Shown: positions 42,802 to 50,683 of the stretch, one piece after another
How the letters are laid out: each line of letters starts with the position of its first letter
Numbering within the stretch: the stretch's first letter is position 1
Source of the DNA: a virus
Length of the DNA: 50,683 bases
IMG/VR virus record: IMGVR_UViG_3300047160_007712
Location: 1-50,683 of that record
Reading direction: 5' to 3' (one strand)
Program-made: the position numbers and the translations under genes
The notes under the pieces: generated by a model
Told to the model about the DNA's origin: nothing
Seen by the model: the letters and a program-made list of their open reading frames with translations, nothing else
The model's database searches: none

Positions 42802-43467
42802 TTATGCGGTGGAGGAGGGTAGGTGGGGGTACATCTGTTGGGCCAAGGATGGCCGGGCAGAATTCGGGGCGACGACGGGCGCTGGGCCGGCGCCGGAGAC
42901 GTGTTTGCCTTCGATGAAGCGTTGGGACATCTTCCAGAAGGCCTTGACGAAGCCGGGGTGATCGCCCGCGCCGGTGAGGTTCATGGCGTCTTCGAACTCG
43001 CGGCGGGTGGTGGCGTCGAGGGTGTCTTTGAGCTGGCCGATGTCGGAGCGGATTTGATCAAGGCGACCGGACATCTCGCGGTCGTCGTTGACCTGCTTGC
43101 GCCAATCCGCGCGCATGGTTTCAACGGCTTTGATTGAGGAGTCTTTCATCGCGGCGTTGTAGGCGTCGACAAGCTTCTGGGCCTGAGCTTGTGTGAGGTT
43201 AAGTTCGCGGAAGATGGGGATAGCACGGTCGAGGGTGGGTTGGTCGAGGGATTGACCCTCGGGAGCGGTGAAGGTATACCTTTCCGGGGCGCCGGGCGTG
43301 GGGGTGGCGGGCTTATCACTGGGCGTCTCCGGGGATGGAGTCGGGGTAGAGGTCGGAGCCAGGGTAGATTGGTCCTTCAGCGTCCCATCCGTCGTCCGGG
43401 CTGAGGTCTCGTTCGGCTGGGGAGAGGGAGAGGGAGAGCTTGGAGTCAAGTTCGGTTCGTCGGCCAT
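42802..43467 (-). CDS. Scaffolding protein candidate (221 aa)
   Basis: Track ORF between portal and MCP. The N-terminus is acidic and S/T/P-rich. YTFTAPEGQSLDQ...LNLTQAQAQKLVDAYN is followed by a helical region. Confidence 0.6.
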   Translation of the reverse strand: MADEPNLTPSSPSPSPQPNETSARTTDGTLKDQSTLAPTSTPTPSPETPSDKPATPTPGAPERYTFTAPEGQSLDQPTLDRAIPIFRELNLTQAQAQKLVDAYNAAMKDSSIKAVETMRADWRKQVNDDREMSGRLDQIRSDIGQLKDTLDATTRREFEDAMNLTGAGDHPGFVKAFWKMSQRFIEGKHVSGAGPAPVVAPNSARPSLAQQMYPHLPSSTA

Positions 43468-43753
43468 TGGCGTCTTTCATCATGGAGATGTACTGGTCGG
43501 GGCAGTGGGCTGTGATGTCGGCGAATATGCGCAGCCCGACGTTGCGCTCGCCTTTGAGAAAGGCCTCGTGAAGGGCGTTGCCGGTGAAAGGATCACTGAA
43601 CAGATGGCAGGCGGAGAGGAGGTCGTAGAACCACAGTCGGCCCGAGGTTGTGGCGAGGCAGGACTTAAGAAAGTCGATCTTGGCGAGTTCTGCACGTTGC
43701 GCGGCCTTCTCGGCGATGCGGACTTGCTTGGTGTTGGAGCCATTGTAGGGCAT
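43316..43753 (-). CDS. Bbp19-like conserved phage protein (145 aa)
   Basis: GRLWFYDLLSACHLFSDPFTGNALHEAFLKGERNVGLRIFADI fits the Bbp19 family pattern from memory. It follows the portal gene. Confidence 0.5.
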   Translation of the reverse strand: MPYNGSNTKQVRIAEKAAQRAELAKIDFLKSCLATTSGRLWFYDLLSACHLFSDPFTGNALHEAFLKGERNVGLRIFADITAHCPDQYISMMKDANGRRTELDSKLSLSLSPAERDLSPDDGWDAEGPIYPGSDLYPDSIPGDAQ

Positions 43754-43756
43754 GGG

Positions 43757-45550
43757 TTAGCCGCCTCCACCGGGCGTTTGGCCCATCATCGCCTCGAGGG
43801 CATTGCCTTGGCCGACTGGGGCCTGGGCGAGGTTCTTGGCACCGGCCGAGAGCTTGTTGGCGATGTCGGCTTGTTGGGCTTGGGCCATTTGGTCGGCGCG
43901 CTGTTTGCGGATTTGAGCAAGGGCCTCGGGCGAGCGGATCATCTTGGGGTCATTGCCGAGGAGGGAGGACATTTTGTCGAGCCCGTAGTCGACGTCGATG
44001 TTGTCCATGGCGGATGGATCAACCCCGGCGAGTTGGGCGCCGAGGGTGAACATGCGCTCGATGGAACCGGCGCTGGTTGCTTGTTGGGCTTGGGAGAGCA
44101 TCGAGATGAATTCAATGTTCAGGAGTTCGCCCTGAACCTCCGGCGGCGGCGGTGGTAAAACCCCGGCCCGATTAGCGATAGAGAACGTGCGCTCGACGAT
44201 TGGTTTAAGAACCTCTGTATCGATGCGCTCAAGTACAGGTCCCAACATAACAAGCGCCTCTGACTTGCGCAGGTCCCACTCAACCGCCGTAACGTTCGAG
44301 CGAGTTTCGTACTGACTGGCGACTTTGAGAACATCATTGAAGAAGATCTGCGAGATACGTTGCTTGACCTCTAGGAGGTCTTGGGTGATTTCGGCGACGG
44401 GGAATTTGGACTCATAGACCGAGGCGAGCCCGGGTTTGCCACCGGCGGTGAACCCAGCAACATACGTAATGCCGCCCGGGGTGAGATTGGCCGGTTGGTT
44501 CTTGAGCTGGACATCCGCAACAAGTGGAGGATTGACCATCTTGTCAATAGCTTGCGCCTTACGTCGCTGTTCAAGTTGAATTTGCTTGATGTCTGGTAGA
44601 GCATCCATGCCAGGGCTTCGGCCATACGGATCGTTAGATACGAGGTCCCATCGGCCGATGATGATTGGTTTCTCATTGTAACCTCGCTTACGCAGGAAGC
44701 CGGGAGGGGCAGTTGCGCCGCCTTGAGGGGATGTGCTGCCGCCCCATTCCCAGTAGACTTCGCGGAAAGCCAGCTTGGGGTCGAAGCCAAACTGGCGGGC
44801 GTTGCCATCGTCGTTGGGCTCGATGCTATGGGCGACGATGAGTTCGCGGGTTCGATTGGCACCGCCGGGGTCGAGGTAGAGTTCGCGGATCGGGGCGGAA
44901 CAGTTGTCAAGGCCGAACTCAGCGACGCAGGCATCGACGGTCATGGTGAATTCGCGGTAGAAAACACACGGGCGGTATTTGCCGTCGATGTCGACGTAGT
45001 ATTCGCCGAGGCAGGGGTTGATGAAGTTGACAACGGTCTTACGGTCGAAGTATTCGAGCACGGCAGCAGTGCCGAAGACGACGAGGTCGAAGTAGAAGAC
45101 GCCGATGGAGGTGTAGAAGTTTGATTCGGCGAAAATCAAATACAACAGCCGTTCACACTCAGCGAGCCAGAGGGAGACGGGGGAGGTTTGGGTTGAGTCG
45201 AGTTTGCCAATCTTGAGCCGGAACCATTGTTGGGTGGGGGAGGATTTGCCCGAGACGAGGCCGGATGCTAGGTTGCGGGCGGAGATAGTGCCGGTGGAGT
45301 CGAGGATGTGTTGGTTGATCGGGGCGCCGCGGGCCATTTGATTGGGGGTGATCAGCCATTTGTAGCGCCGGGGGAGGATGTAGTCGGCCAGTTCGCGCCA
45401 ATGGACCCACCAGGAATAGCGGTTAACACGAAGCGCGATGAGTCGGCCTTCGCAATAACGATGGTAGGCATATTCGGCCTCGGAGATCGGGCGAATGGGG
45501 CCGATCTCGCGGGCTTCAGTTGGTCTGCGGGCCGAGGCTTGGCGAGCCAA
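43757..45550 (-). CDS. Portal protein (597 aa)
   Basis: RYSWWVHWRELADYILPRRYKWL...NQHILDSTGTISARNLASGLVSGKSSPTQQWFRL...SNFY...DLVVFGTAA is a typical podovirus portal N-terminal pattern. Confidence 0.8.
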   Translation of the reverse strand: MARQASARRPTEAREIGPIRPISEAEYAYHRYCEGRLIALRVNRYSWWVHWRELADYILPRRYKWLITPNQMARGAPINQHILDSTGTISARNLASGLVSGKSSPTQQWFRLKIGKLDSTQTSPVSLWLAECERLLYLIFAESNFYTSIGVFYFDLVVFGTAAVLEYFDRKTVVNFINPCLGEYYVDIDGKYRPCVFYREFTMTVDACVAEFGLDNCSAPIRELYLDPGGANRTRELIVAHSIEPNDDGNARQFGFDPKLAFREVYWEWGGSTSPQGGATAPPGFLRKRGYNEKPIIIGRWDLVSNDPYGRSPGMDALPDIKQIQLEQRRKAQAIDKMVNPPLVADVQLKNQPANLTPGGITYVAGFTAGGKPGLASVYESKFPVAEITQDLLEVKQRISQIFFNDVLKVASQYETRSNVTAVEWDLRKSEALVMLGPVLERIDTEVLKPIVERTFSIANRAGVLPPPPPEVQGELLNIEFISMLSQAQQATSAGSIERMFTLGAQLAGVDPSAMDNIDVDYGLDKMSSLLGNDPKMIRSPEALAQIRKQRADQMAQAQQADIANKLSAGAKNLAQAPVGQGNALEAMMGQTPGGGG

Positions 45551-45698
45551 CGGGCTGGTCCTTTTTGAGCAATCTACCGTCGCGGTGCATCAGTGCGGCG
45601 GCCATGAGGAGGTATTCATCGGGCGGGGGTTGTGTGGCGGCCATGGGGGACGGGGCGGGCTTCTGGCCATCACGGCGCATTGGGACAACGAGGGCCAT
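45516..45698 (-). CDS. Possible 60-aa protein
   Basis: ATG 45698 lies 4 nt after the upstream stop. It overlaps the portal start by 35 nt. Confidence 0.3.
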   Translation of the reverse strand: MALVVPMRRDGQKPAPSPMAATQPPPDEYLLMAAALMHRDGRLLKKDQPVGSPSLGPQTN

Positions 45699-45702
45699 GG
45701 GG

Positions 45703-45987
45703 TTATTGTCCGAGTAGGGTTTTGCCCTGACCGCCAATGGTGGAGGCCTGGGCGGGTGGGGCGGCGGCAGCAGCGAGGAAGGATGGCGTTTGCTGTGGGA
45801 CGGCGGAAGTGTTGGTGCCTTGGGGCTGCTGTGCGGGCGGGGGAGTGGGCGGGACGTTGGGCGCGGCGGGGGCTTTAGGCCTTGGGGCGAGGAGACTGCC
45901 AGCCGCGCCGACTAGGGCCGAGCCAAGGCCGATGGCGGCCGAGACTGGATCGCAGAGGATGACGTCGTAGAAGAATGGGAGTTTCAT
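45703..45987 (-). CDS. Hypothetical P/Q/A-rich protein with one hydrophobic segment (94 aa)
   Basis: Track ORF whose ATG overlaps the TerL stop (ATGA). Confidence 0.5.
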   Translation of the reverse strand: MKLPFFYDVILCDPVSAAIGLGSALVGAAGSLLAPRPKAPAAPNVPPTPPPAQQPQGTNTSAVPQQTPSFLAAAAAPPAQASTIGGQGKTLLGQ

Positions 45988-47492
45988 GCTGCGAGTCTTT
46001 CGGGGGAGTATGGATCATATTCAGATTCAACGAGGTCCTTGTGGGGGAATTCGCCGCCGGCTAGGGCTGAGGCAACCAACGGGCCGCCAAAGGTTAGGGC
46101 CAGCGCGTCGAGATCGTCGAGGACGAGGTTGGGGTTGTCTTCGAGGAGGTCTTCTTTGGAGACAAGGAGTATCGCCCCGGTTTTTTCTTGGAAGATGTAG
46201 CGAATGGAGAGCATGGCGGTTTTCAGCTCGGGGTCATTGGGCAGCGCGGCGGTTTTAAGCCAAGCTCTGACAGCACCGTACATCGCAGCTCGCATATTGG
46301 CATACCGCTCTCCGGAAGTGTCAAGGCTAACTCCGGAAATGGAGTCCTTTGCGCCGAATTGCACTTCGTGAACAGCAAGGCGGATGTTACGACACTGATC
46401 AACAACGCCGCCGCCAACGCCACCGCCATCGATGTATATGCCATCTGGGCGCCAATCGACCCAAGCGTCGAAGATGCGGTTGGTGAGGTCGGTGGTGGAG
46501 AGGCCATTGTAAGATCGGCGGGCGATTGATCGGGCATCACGGCCTTTGCGGGGAAAGAGGACGGAGTTGTTGCCGCCGTAACGGGCGACGTCAACACCAA
46601 GGGCGAGGGGAGTTGCGCGGTCAGTGTAGGGGACTTCGCGCGACATCGCGGCGTCGATCTCGGAGACTGAGAAGAACTCCTGCATGCCGCGGCGTGGGAA
46701 TTGGCCGAGGACACGGATGCGGACGAAATCACTGTCGGCCCCGTAGAGGCGGATCCATTGTTCGAACCGGGCTTTGTTGGTGATGCGGACTGTGCGGGAG
46801 TCGATTTGGGTCGAATGCCATGCGTCGGCGTGGGTTCCACCCGGGAAGCATTCGCGAAATCGGCCAGTGTTGCGGGTGGGGTTGCCGAAGACCAGCCAGA
46901 GGATTTGCGTGTCGGTGTCGGTGAGGGCGCCCTCGGCTGTTTCCCAGATGATGTCGTCGATTTCGGACGCTTCGTCGAAGACCAGCAGAATGCGCTTGCC
47001 TTGGTTGTGAAGGCCGGCGAATGCGGCGGGGTTGTTCTTGGACCAGGGCACCATGTCGATTCGCCAGGTGAATTTGCGCGTTGGATCACGCGAGAACAGG
47101 GCGGTGGCTTCGAGCTGGAATAGGTCGCGCGCGAAGAAGCAGAGGTTAAACCATTTGCCGAGTTCTGCCCAGGTTTTGGTTTTAAGTTGGACCTCGGTGT
47201 TGGCGGTGATGGTGCCGCGGCAATCGGGGTAAGTGCAAAACGCCCAGAGGATGAGCCAGGCAACGGTGGCGGATTTGCCAATGCCGTGGCCCGAGGCGGT
47301 GGCTTCTTGGATTGCTTGGTTGGGGGTCAGGAGGCCGATGCGAATTCGCTCGAAGAGGTTGCGTGACCATTCGTCGGGGCCGGAGTACTTTTCAAGAATT
47401 GAACCCGGGACATTCCATGGGTAGGCGGTCTGGGTGAACGCCAGTGGGTCGTTCTGGACTGAGACTAGCCATTCTAGGACTTTTTCGTCCAT
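45984..47492 (-). CDS. terL: Terminase large subunit (502 aa)
   Basis: Walker A ATASGHGIGKSAT and Walker B ILLVFDEAS. Start trimmed to ATG 47492 (MDEKVLEWL), 2 nt after the upstream stop. Confidence 0.85.
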   Translation of the reverse strand: MDEKVLEWLVSVQNDPLAFTQTAYPWNVPGSILEKYSGPDEWSRNLFERIRIGLLTPNQAIQEATASGHGIGKSATVAWLILWAFCTYPDCRGTITANTEVQLKTKTWAELGKWFNLCFFARDLFQLEATALFSRDPTRKFTWRIDMVPWSKNNPAAFAGLHNQGKRILLVFDEASEIDDIIWETAEGALTDTDTQILWLVFGNPTRNTGRFRECFPGGTHADAWHSTQIDSRTVRITNKARFEQWIRLYGADSDFVRIRVLGQFPRRGMQEFFSVSEIDAAMSREVPYTDRATPLALGVDVARYGGNNSVLFPRKGRDARSIARRSYNGLSTTDLTNRIFDAWVDWRPDGIYIDGGGVGGGVVDQCRNIRLAVHEVQFGAKDSISGVSLDTSGERYANMRAAMYGAVRAWLKTAALPNDPELKTAMLSIRYIFQEKTGAILLVSKEDLLEDNPNLVLDDLDALALTFGGPLVASALAGGEFPHKDLVESEYDPYSPERLAA

Positions 47493-47494
47493 GG

Positions 47495-48349
47495 CTATTG
47501 GCCAATTCCCATCATGGTTCGGAGGCGCGGGGTGACGGCAGCAGCGACCACGCCCACGTAGTCGGATTGGGGATTGTCTGGGTACCAGAACGACCACGGA
47601 TCGGCGGCCCAGGCTATTAGCTGTGATACAGACAGCTTCGCCGTACTCATCATAGCGCAGGCGATGCCTGGACCATGCGGCGGATCGGAAGTTCCAGTGG
47701 CACTGTCTGCGCCAACAGCACAGCTTCCTGCGAAGTTTCCAATTGTAGTCGCGCTGCCAGATTGAACGGAATATGTGACCGCGCCGGTTGTTAGATTTGT
47801 CCAAACGAAGTTGCCTATGCTCGGATTTGCTGGGAAATTGAAGCATACAAAATACGGCGTTAGTGTATATATTTGGCTGGAGATGGTTGCTGAAACATCT
47901 CCTCCGCTAAAGAGTTCTAGGTTCGCCGGGCTTGATAGGCCTTTTATGTACATGCCAATGGAAGAGCCGATGTCTAATATGACAGTTTTGTAAGCAGCAC
48001 CAATGGTGGTGTTCATTATAAGTATAGCGGCGCATGTAATCGCTGAAGGTGGACTAGCGGCCTTTGAAGGAAAGACATAGCCGCCAATGCTAATCATAGG
48101 CCCAAAGGAGGTTTGTGTTAAAACAGGTGCCCCGGCACCTCTAGCACTCGGCGTGACAGAAGCGTGAAGAGGCATATACCCGGGAAGTGATACCCCTGAT
48201 GGGATAGCAATAAACGAGCCGCCGTAGGCTATTCCTTGAGATGCCGGATGCGACGGGTCAAAGCCAGGCTGTCGACCGGCAGGGAAGGCAAGTGGGTTGC
48301 GCCAGATGCCGCGGCGATTGTAGGCGAGTGGTGGTAGGCCAAGGGGCAA
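47495..48349 (-). CDS. Jelly-roll (LamG/ConA-like?) fibre-module protein (284 aa) with a low-GC central part
   Basis: Track ORF that is beta-rich. C-terminal motif LIAWAADPWSFWYP. The fold assignment is a guess. Confidence 0.55.
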   Translation of the reverse strand: MPLGLPPLAYNRRGIWRNPLAFPAGRQPGFDPSHPASQGIAYGGSFIAIPSGVSLPGYMPLHASVTPSARGAGAPVLTQTSFGPMISIGGYVFPSKAASPPSAITCAAILIMNTTIGAAYKTVILDIGSSIGMYIKGLSSPANLELFSGGDVSATISSQIYTLTPYFVCFNFPANPSIGNFVWTNLTTGAVTYSVQSGSATTIGNFAGSCAVGADSATGTSDPPHGPGIACAMMSTAKLSVSQLIAWAADPWSFWYPDNPQSDYVGVVAAAVTPRLRTMMGIGQ

Positions 48350-48358
48350 GGTGGTGGC

Positions 48359-49036
48359 TCAGTACTGCATTGAGAACGGGGCAAGGGCAAGGGTGTTCGC
48401 GGAGGACGCGAAGGTCTGGCCGGTGTTGTTTTGAAGGAAGGTGTAGAACTCGAGGGCCTCAATGAAGGTTGGCGCGGAGGCGTAGATGTTGGCCGCGGTG
48501 ATGGTTGTGGAGGGGAGGGCGATAACGGCGTCGGGAGAGCGGGCTTGAGAGGCGTTGGAGACAGTGGTTTCGAAGTGGGTGCCATCGTAGGATGGGATCC
48601 ACCAGATCGATGCAGCGGCGCCGGCGGTAAGGGCGGTGCCAATAGTGCCGAGGGTGAGGAATAGGCGGCCGATCATGCCTTGAGCGGTGTTGGAGTTGGT
48701 GAATTTGCCCGATGAGCCACCAACGGATGACAGGGCGGTGTTGCCAGTGGCGAGGGAATTCATCTCGGTGGTGAGGAGAGTGAGGGCGGTGGCAAGCAGG
48801 CCGTTGTTGGAAGTGCCCGGGCCCCAGAGGAATTGGGTGGCGGCGAGAGCGGCGGTGGGAATGAGGAAGGGCGACAGAGCAGCGGCGCCAAGGAATGCAC
48901 GGCGAGAGATGGCGGGGACGAAGCGGGATTGACCTTCGTAGTGTTCGAAATGGCCTTCGCCCTCGAGGACGGGGTCGATGCCAGGTGGGTCGAAGCCAAC
49001 TAGGCGTGGGCGATAGATGCGGCAGAGCTTGGTCAT
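48359..49036 (-). CDS. Protein with a Tat-type signal peptide (225 aa)
   Basis: The ATG overlaps the upstream stop (ATGA). Residues 44-65 read SRRAFLGAAALSPFLIPTAALA/A, that is S-R-R-x-F-L, a hydrophobic region and AxA. Confidence 0.6.
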   Translation of the reverse strand: MTKLCRIYRPRLVGFDPPGIDPVLEGEGHFEHYEGQSRFVPAISRRAFLGAAALSPFLIPTAALAATQFLWGPGTSNNGLLATALTLLTTEMNSLATGNTALSSVGGSSGKFTNSNTAQGMIGRLFLTLGTIGTALTAGAAASIWWIPSYDGTHFETTVSNASQARSPDAVIALPSTTITAANIYASAPTFIEALEFYTFLQNNTGQTFASSANTLALAPFSMQY

Positions 49037-49620
49037 TGAAGTGGAAGTCCACCATTAGCCGGGGCTGCGGCGGTGAGATCGTTCGAGTTCACCGGCCCGT
49101 TCAGGCCACCACCACTGTTTTTAGCTGGAACGATGTACCATGGTTCTACCAGTGCCTTGGCGGCGGCGGAGAGACAGTTGATCGTCGGGCCGTTGTTGGG
49201 GAAGTTCTGGACGACCAGCGCGACGGTGAGGTAGGCGGTGTTGGCGGTGCCACCTAGCAGTTGGCCGGGAGTGGCGAAGAGGGACATGAGCTGTTGCTGG
49301 ATCGGGGCGGTGAGGGATTCGAATTCGGCGTAGTTGATGCAGTTGATGATCTGGGAGCCGGTGACGTAGTAGGTGGTTGGGATGGTGCCGGTTACGGTCC
49401 AGGCGTTGATTGCGGCCAGTTTATCGGTCGTGGTCAGGCCAAAGAGCGATGTACCCGCTACGCCTGAGGGCATTGCGCCGGACGAGGCGCTGGATAGGTT
49501 CCAGTCAGCGACCAGCGTGGCGTAGTAGGTCGCTGGGTCAGTCACGGCGAGGGAGGTGCTCGCCCAGAGCAGGGAGAGGGAGGCGGCGAGGAATGCGCGG
49601 AGGCGGCTATTGCTGAACAT
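49033..49620 (-). CDS. Signal-peptide protein (195 aa)
   Basis: Track ORF with N-terminus MFSNSRLRAFLAASLSLLWASTSLA/VT. Confidence 0.6.
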   Translation of the reverse strand: MFSNSRLRAFLAASLSLLWASTSLAVTDPATYYATLVADWNLSSASSGAMPSGVAGTSLFGLTTTDKLAAINAWTVTGTIPTTYYVTGSQIINCINYAEFESLTAPIQQQLMSLFATPGQLLGGTANTAYLTVALVVQNFPNNGPTINCLSAAAKALVEPWYIVPAKNSGGGLNGPVNSNDLTAAAPANGGLPLQ

Positions 49621-50683
49621 AGGTCAGGTTCCCAGCGATCTGCGCTGTGCCGGATTGGAAGATGCAGAGATAGTCCGCGGCGGTGGCGGTGACGGCGACT
49701 GTGCCACCGCCATTGCCAAGGGTTAGACCGCCGTTCGCGATCATGGACATGCCATTGGCCGCAGTGCCGGACGTGGCGACGCCAATGACCGCGGCTTGGT
49801 TGGATGTACCGCAGGTGGCCGATGAGCCTTCGGCGAGGGAGACCGAGACGGCGGATGGGACGACGAGGGACAGCGAGCAGACGTAGATCTTCTTGGCCGA
49901 AACGCCGGTCACGAGGGCGAATGTGCCGGAAGCGGACGAGAACGCCGCGTTGGTTTTGGCCTGGAACATGCATGGATCAGCGGCGGTTTGGTTAGAGGCC
50001 AGAACGACCGGGATGCTGGCGCTGGCGGTGGTAGAGCCAAGGGCTAGGGCTGAGCCGCCGACCTGGGAGAGGTTGACGGATTGGTTGGCGGCGAGTGAGC
50101 CGATGGTGTTTGAGCCCGGGAGCAGCGCGGTGTTTTGGGTGAGGACGATAGGGGTGATGAATGGCGTGACGGTAGCGGTGCCGGTGATGGCGGTGGATAG
50201 GAGCAGGCGCACCGCCATGCCGTTGGGGTAGATGAGGAATTGTTTATTGGTGCTGGCAACGAGGGTGTAGGGGAGGGAGATTTGGGCGCCGGTGGAGGAG
50301 GTAGGGTCGACGACTTGATAGGCGGAGATGGTGGTCCAGTTGGTGCCGTCACCTGAGACCTGGAAGTTGATCGCACCGGCTGTGATGGTAGTGGTGGTGT
50401 CGAGCTGGACGAGGTAGGCACTGGCTTGGGCGTTTTGATTGATGATGGTTTGGGTGGTGTTGACGGTGGTGGAGGATGTCCAGGCAGTGCCAGTGATGGT
50501 GACGTTGCCGGGGGCGGTGAGCAGATGGCCGCCAATGTCGTCGGTTTGCATCGAGACGGTCTGGCCGGCGGTGAGATTGGGGGGAGTGGTGGAGTATTGG
50601 ACGAGGGTAGCAATGCCGTTGGTGGGCGCGGTGCCAGCGGCGATGGTTGAGTCGATGGTTGCGCCCGCGTTGCCAACAATGCG
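49607..50683 (-). CDS. C-terminal part of the 1224-aa junction-spanning repeat protein
   Basis: Track ORF 49607-50551 is open upstream to the window end in the same frame (RIVGNAGATIDST...LVQYSTTPPNLTAGQTVSMQTDD). 50587-50683 duplicates 1-97. Confidence 0.8.
   Translation of the reverse strand, partial: RIVGNAGATIDSTIAAGTAPTNGIATLVQYSTTPPNLTAGQTVSMQTDDIGGHLLTAPGNVTITGTAWTSSTTVNTTQTIINQNAQASAYLVQLDTTTTITAGAINFQVSGDGTNWTTISAYQVVDPTSSTGAQISLPYTLVASTNKQFLIYPNGMAVRLLLSTAITGTATVTPFITPIVLTQNTALLPGSNTIGSLAANQSVNLSQVGGSALALGSTTASASIPVVLASNQTAADPCMFQAKTNAAFSSASGTFALVTGVSAKKIYVCSLSLVVPSAVSVSLAEGSSATCGTSNQAAVIGVATSGTAANGMSMIANGGLTLGNGGGTVAVTATAADYLCIFQSGTAQIAGNLTYVQQ
50587..50683. repeat. Terminal overlap, identical to 1-97
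   Basis: Direct comparison of both ends. Confidence 0.95.

Noticed and set aside
47493-47846. N-terminal extension of the terL ORF
   Set aside because: It overlaps ORF 47495-48349 and has odd composition. MDEKVLEWL at ATG 47492 starts 2 nt after the upstream stop.

Overview
The window is a complete, circularly closed dsDNA tailed-phage genome. Bases 1-97 are identical to 50587-50683, so the non-redundant unit is 50586 bp. GC is high overall (about 57-60% by eye), with one AT-rich control island. Two divergent transcription arms leave that island (about 4.6-5.1 kb). The plus-strand early/replication arm (5107-17892) starts from a perfect sigma70 consensus promoter. It encodes many small unknown ORFs, an RHH-like protein, a Cas4-like PD-(D/E)XK exonuclease, a Sak4/AAA_24-like ATPase, a DUF669-like SSB candidate, a UDG-like/3'-5'-exonuclease/family-A DNA polymerase split over two frames, and a DUF3987-like P-loop helicase. 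The minus-strand late arm runs from 4570 leftwards, through the circular junction, down to 17889. It encodes a TerS-like HTH protein, a block of secreted-looking fibre/adhesin-like proteins, TerL, portal, scaffold, an HK97-type major capsid protein, a cement-like protein, a beta-helix tailspike, an S74-chaperone tail fibre, holin/spanin-like ORFs, T7-like tail tubular A/B, four internal-virion-type proteins (one of 1904 aa with an HExxH motif) and a GH24 endolysin. I found no integrase, phage RNA polymerase, tRNA, CRISPR array or reverse transcriptase. Five observations stand out. (1) Nine late ORFs, including two fibre-sized proteins, carry Sec- or Tat-type signal peptides. (2) The control region is a dyad of 11-bp-phased GATATCC iterons around an uninterrupted A39 tract. 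(3) The DNA polymerase exonuclease domain is broken by a -1 frame change. (4) A 1224-aa repeat ORF is visible only when the ends are joined. (5) One fibre-module gene contains a low-GC cassette. All functional calls come from motif reading by eye and memory of families. No database search was run.
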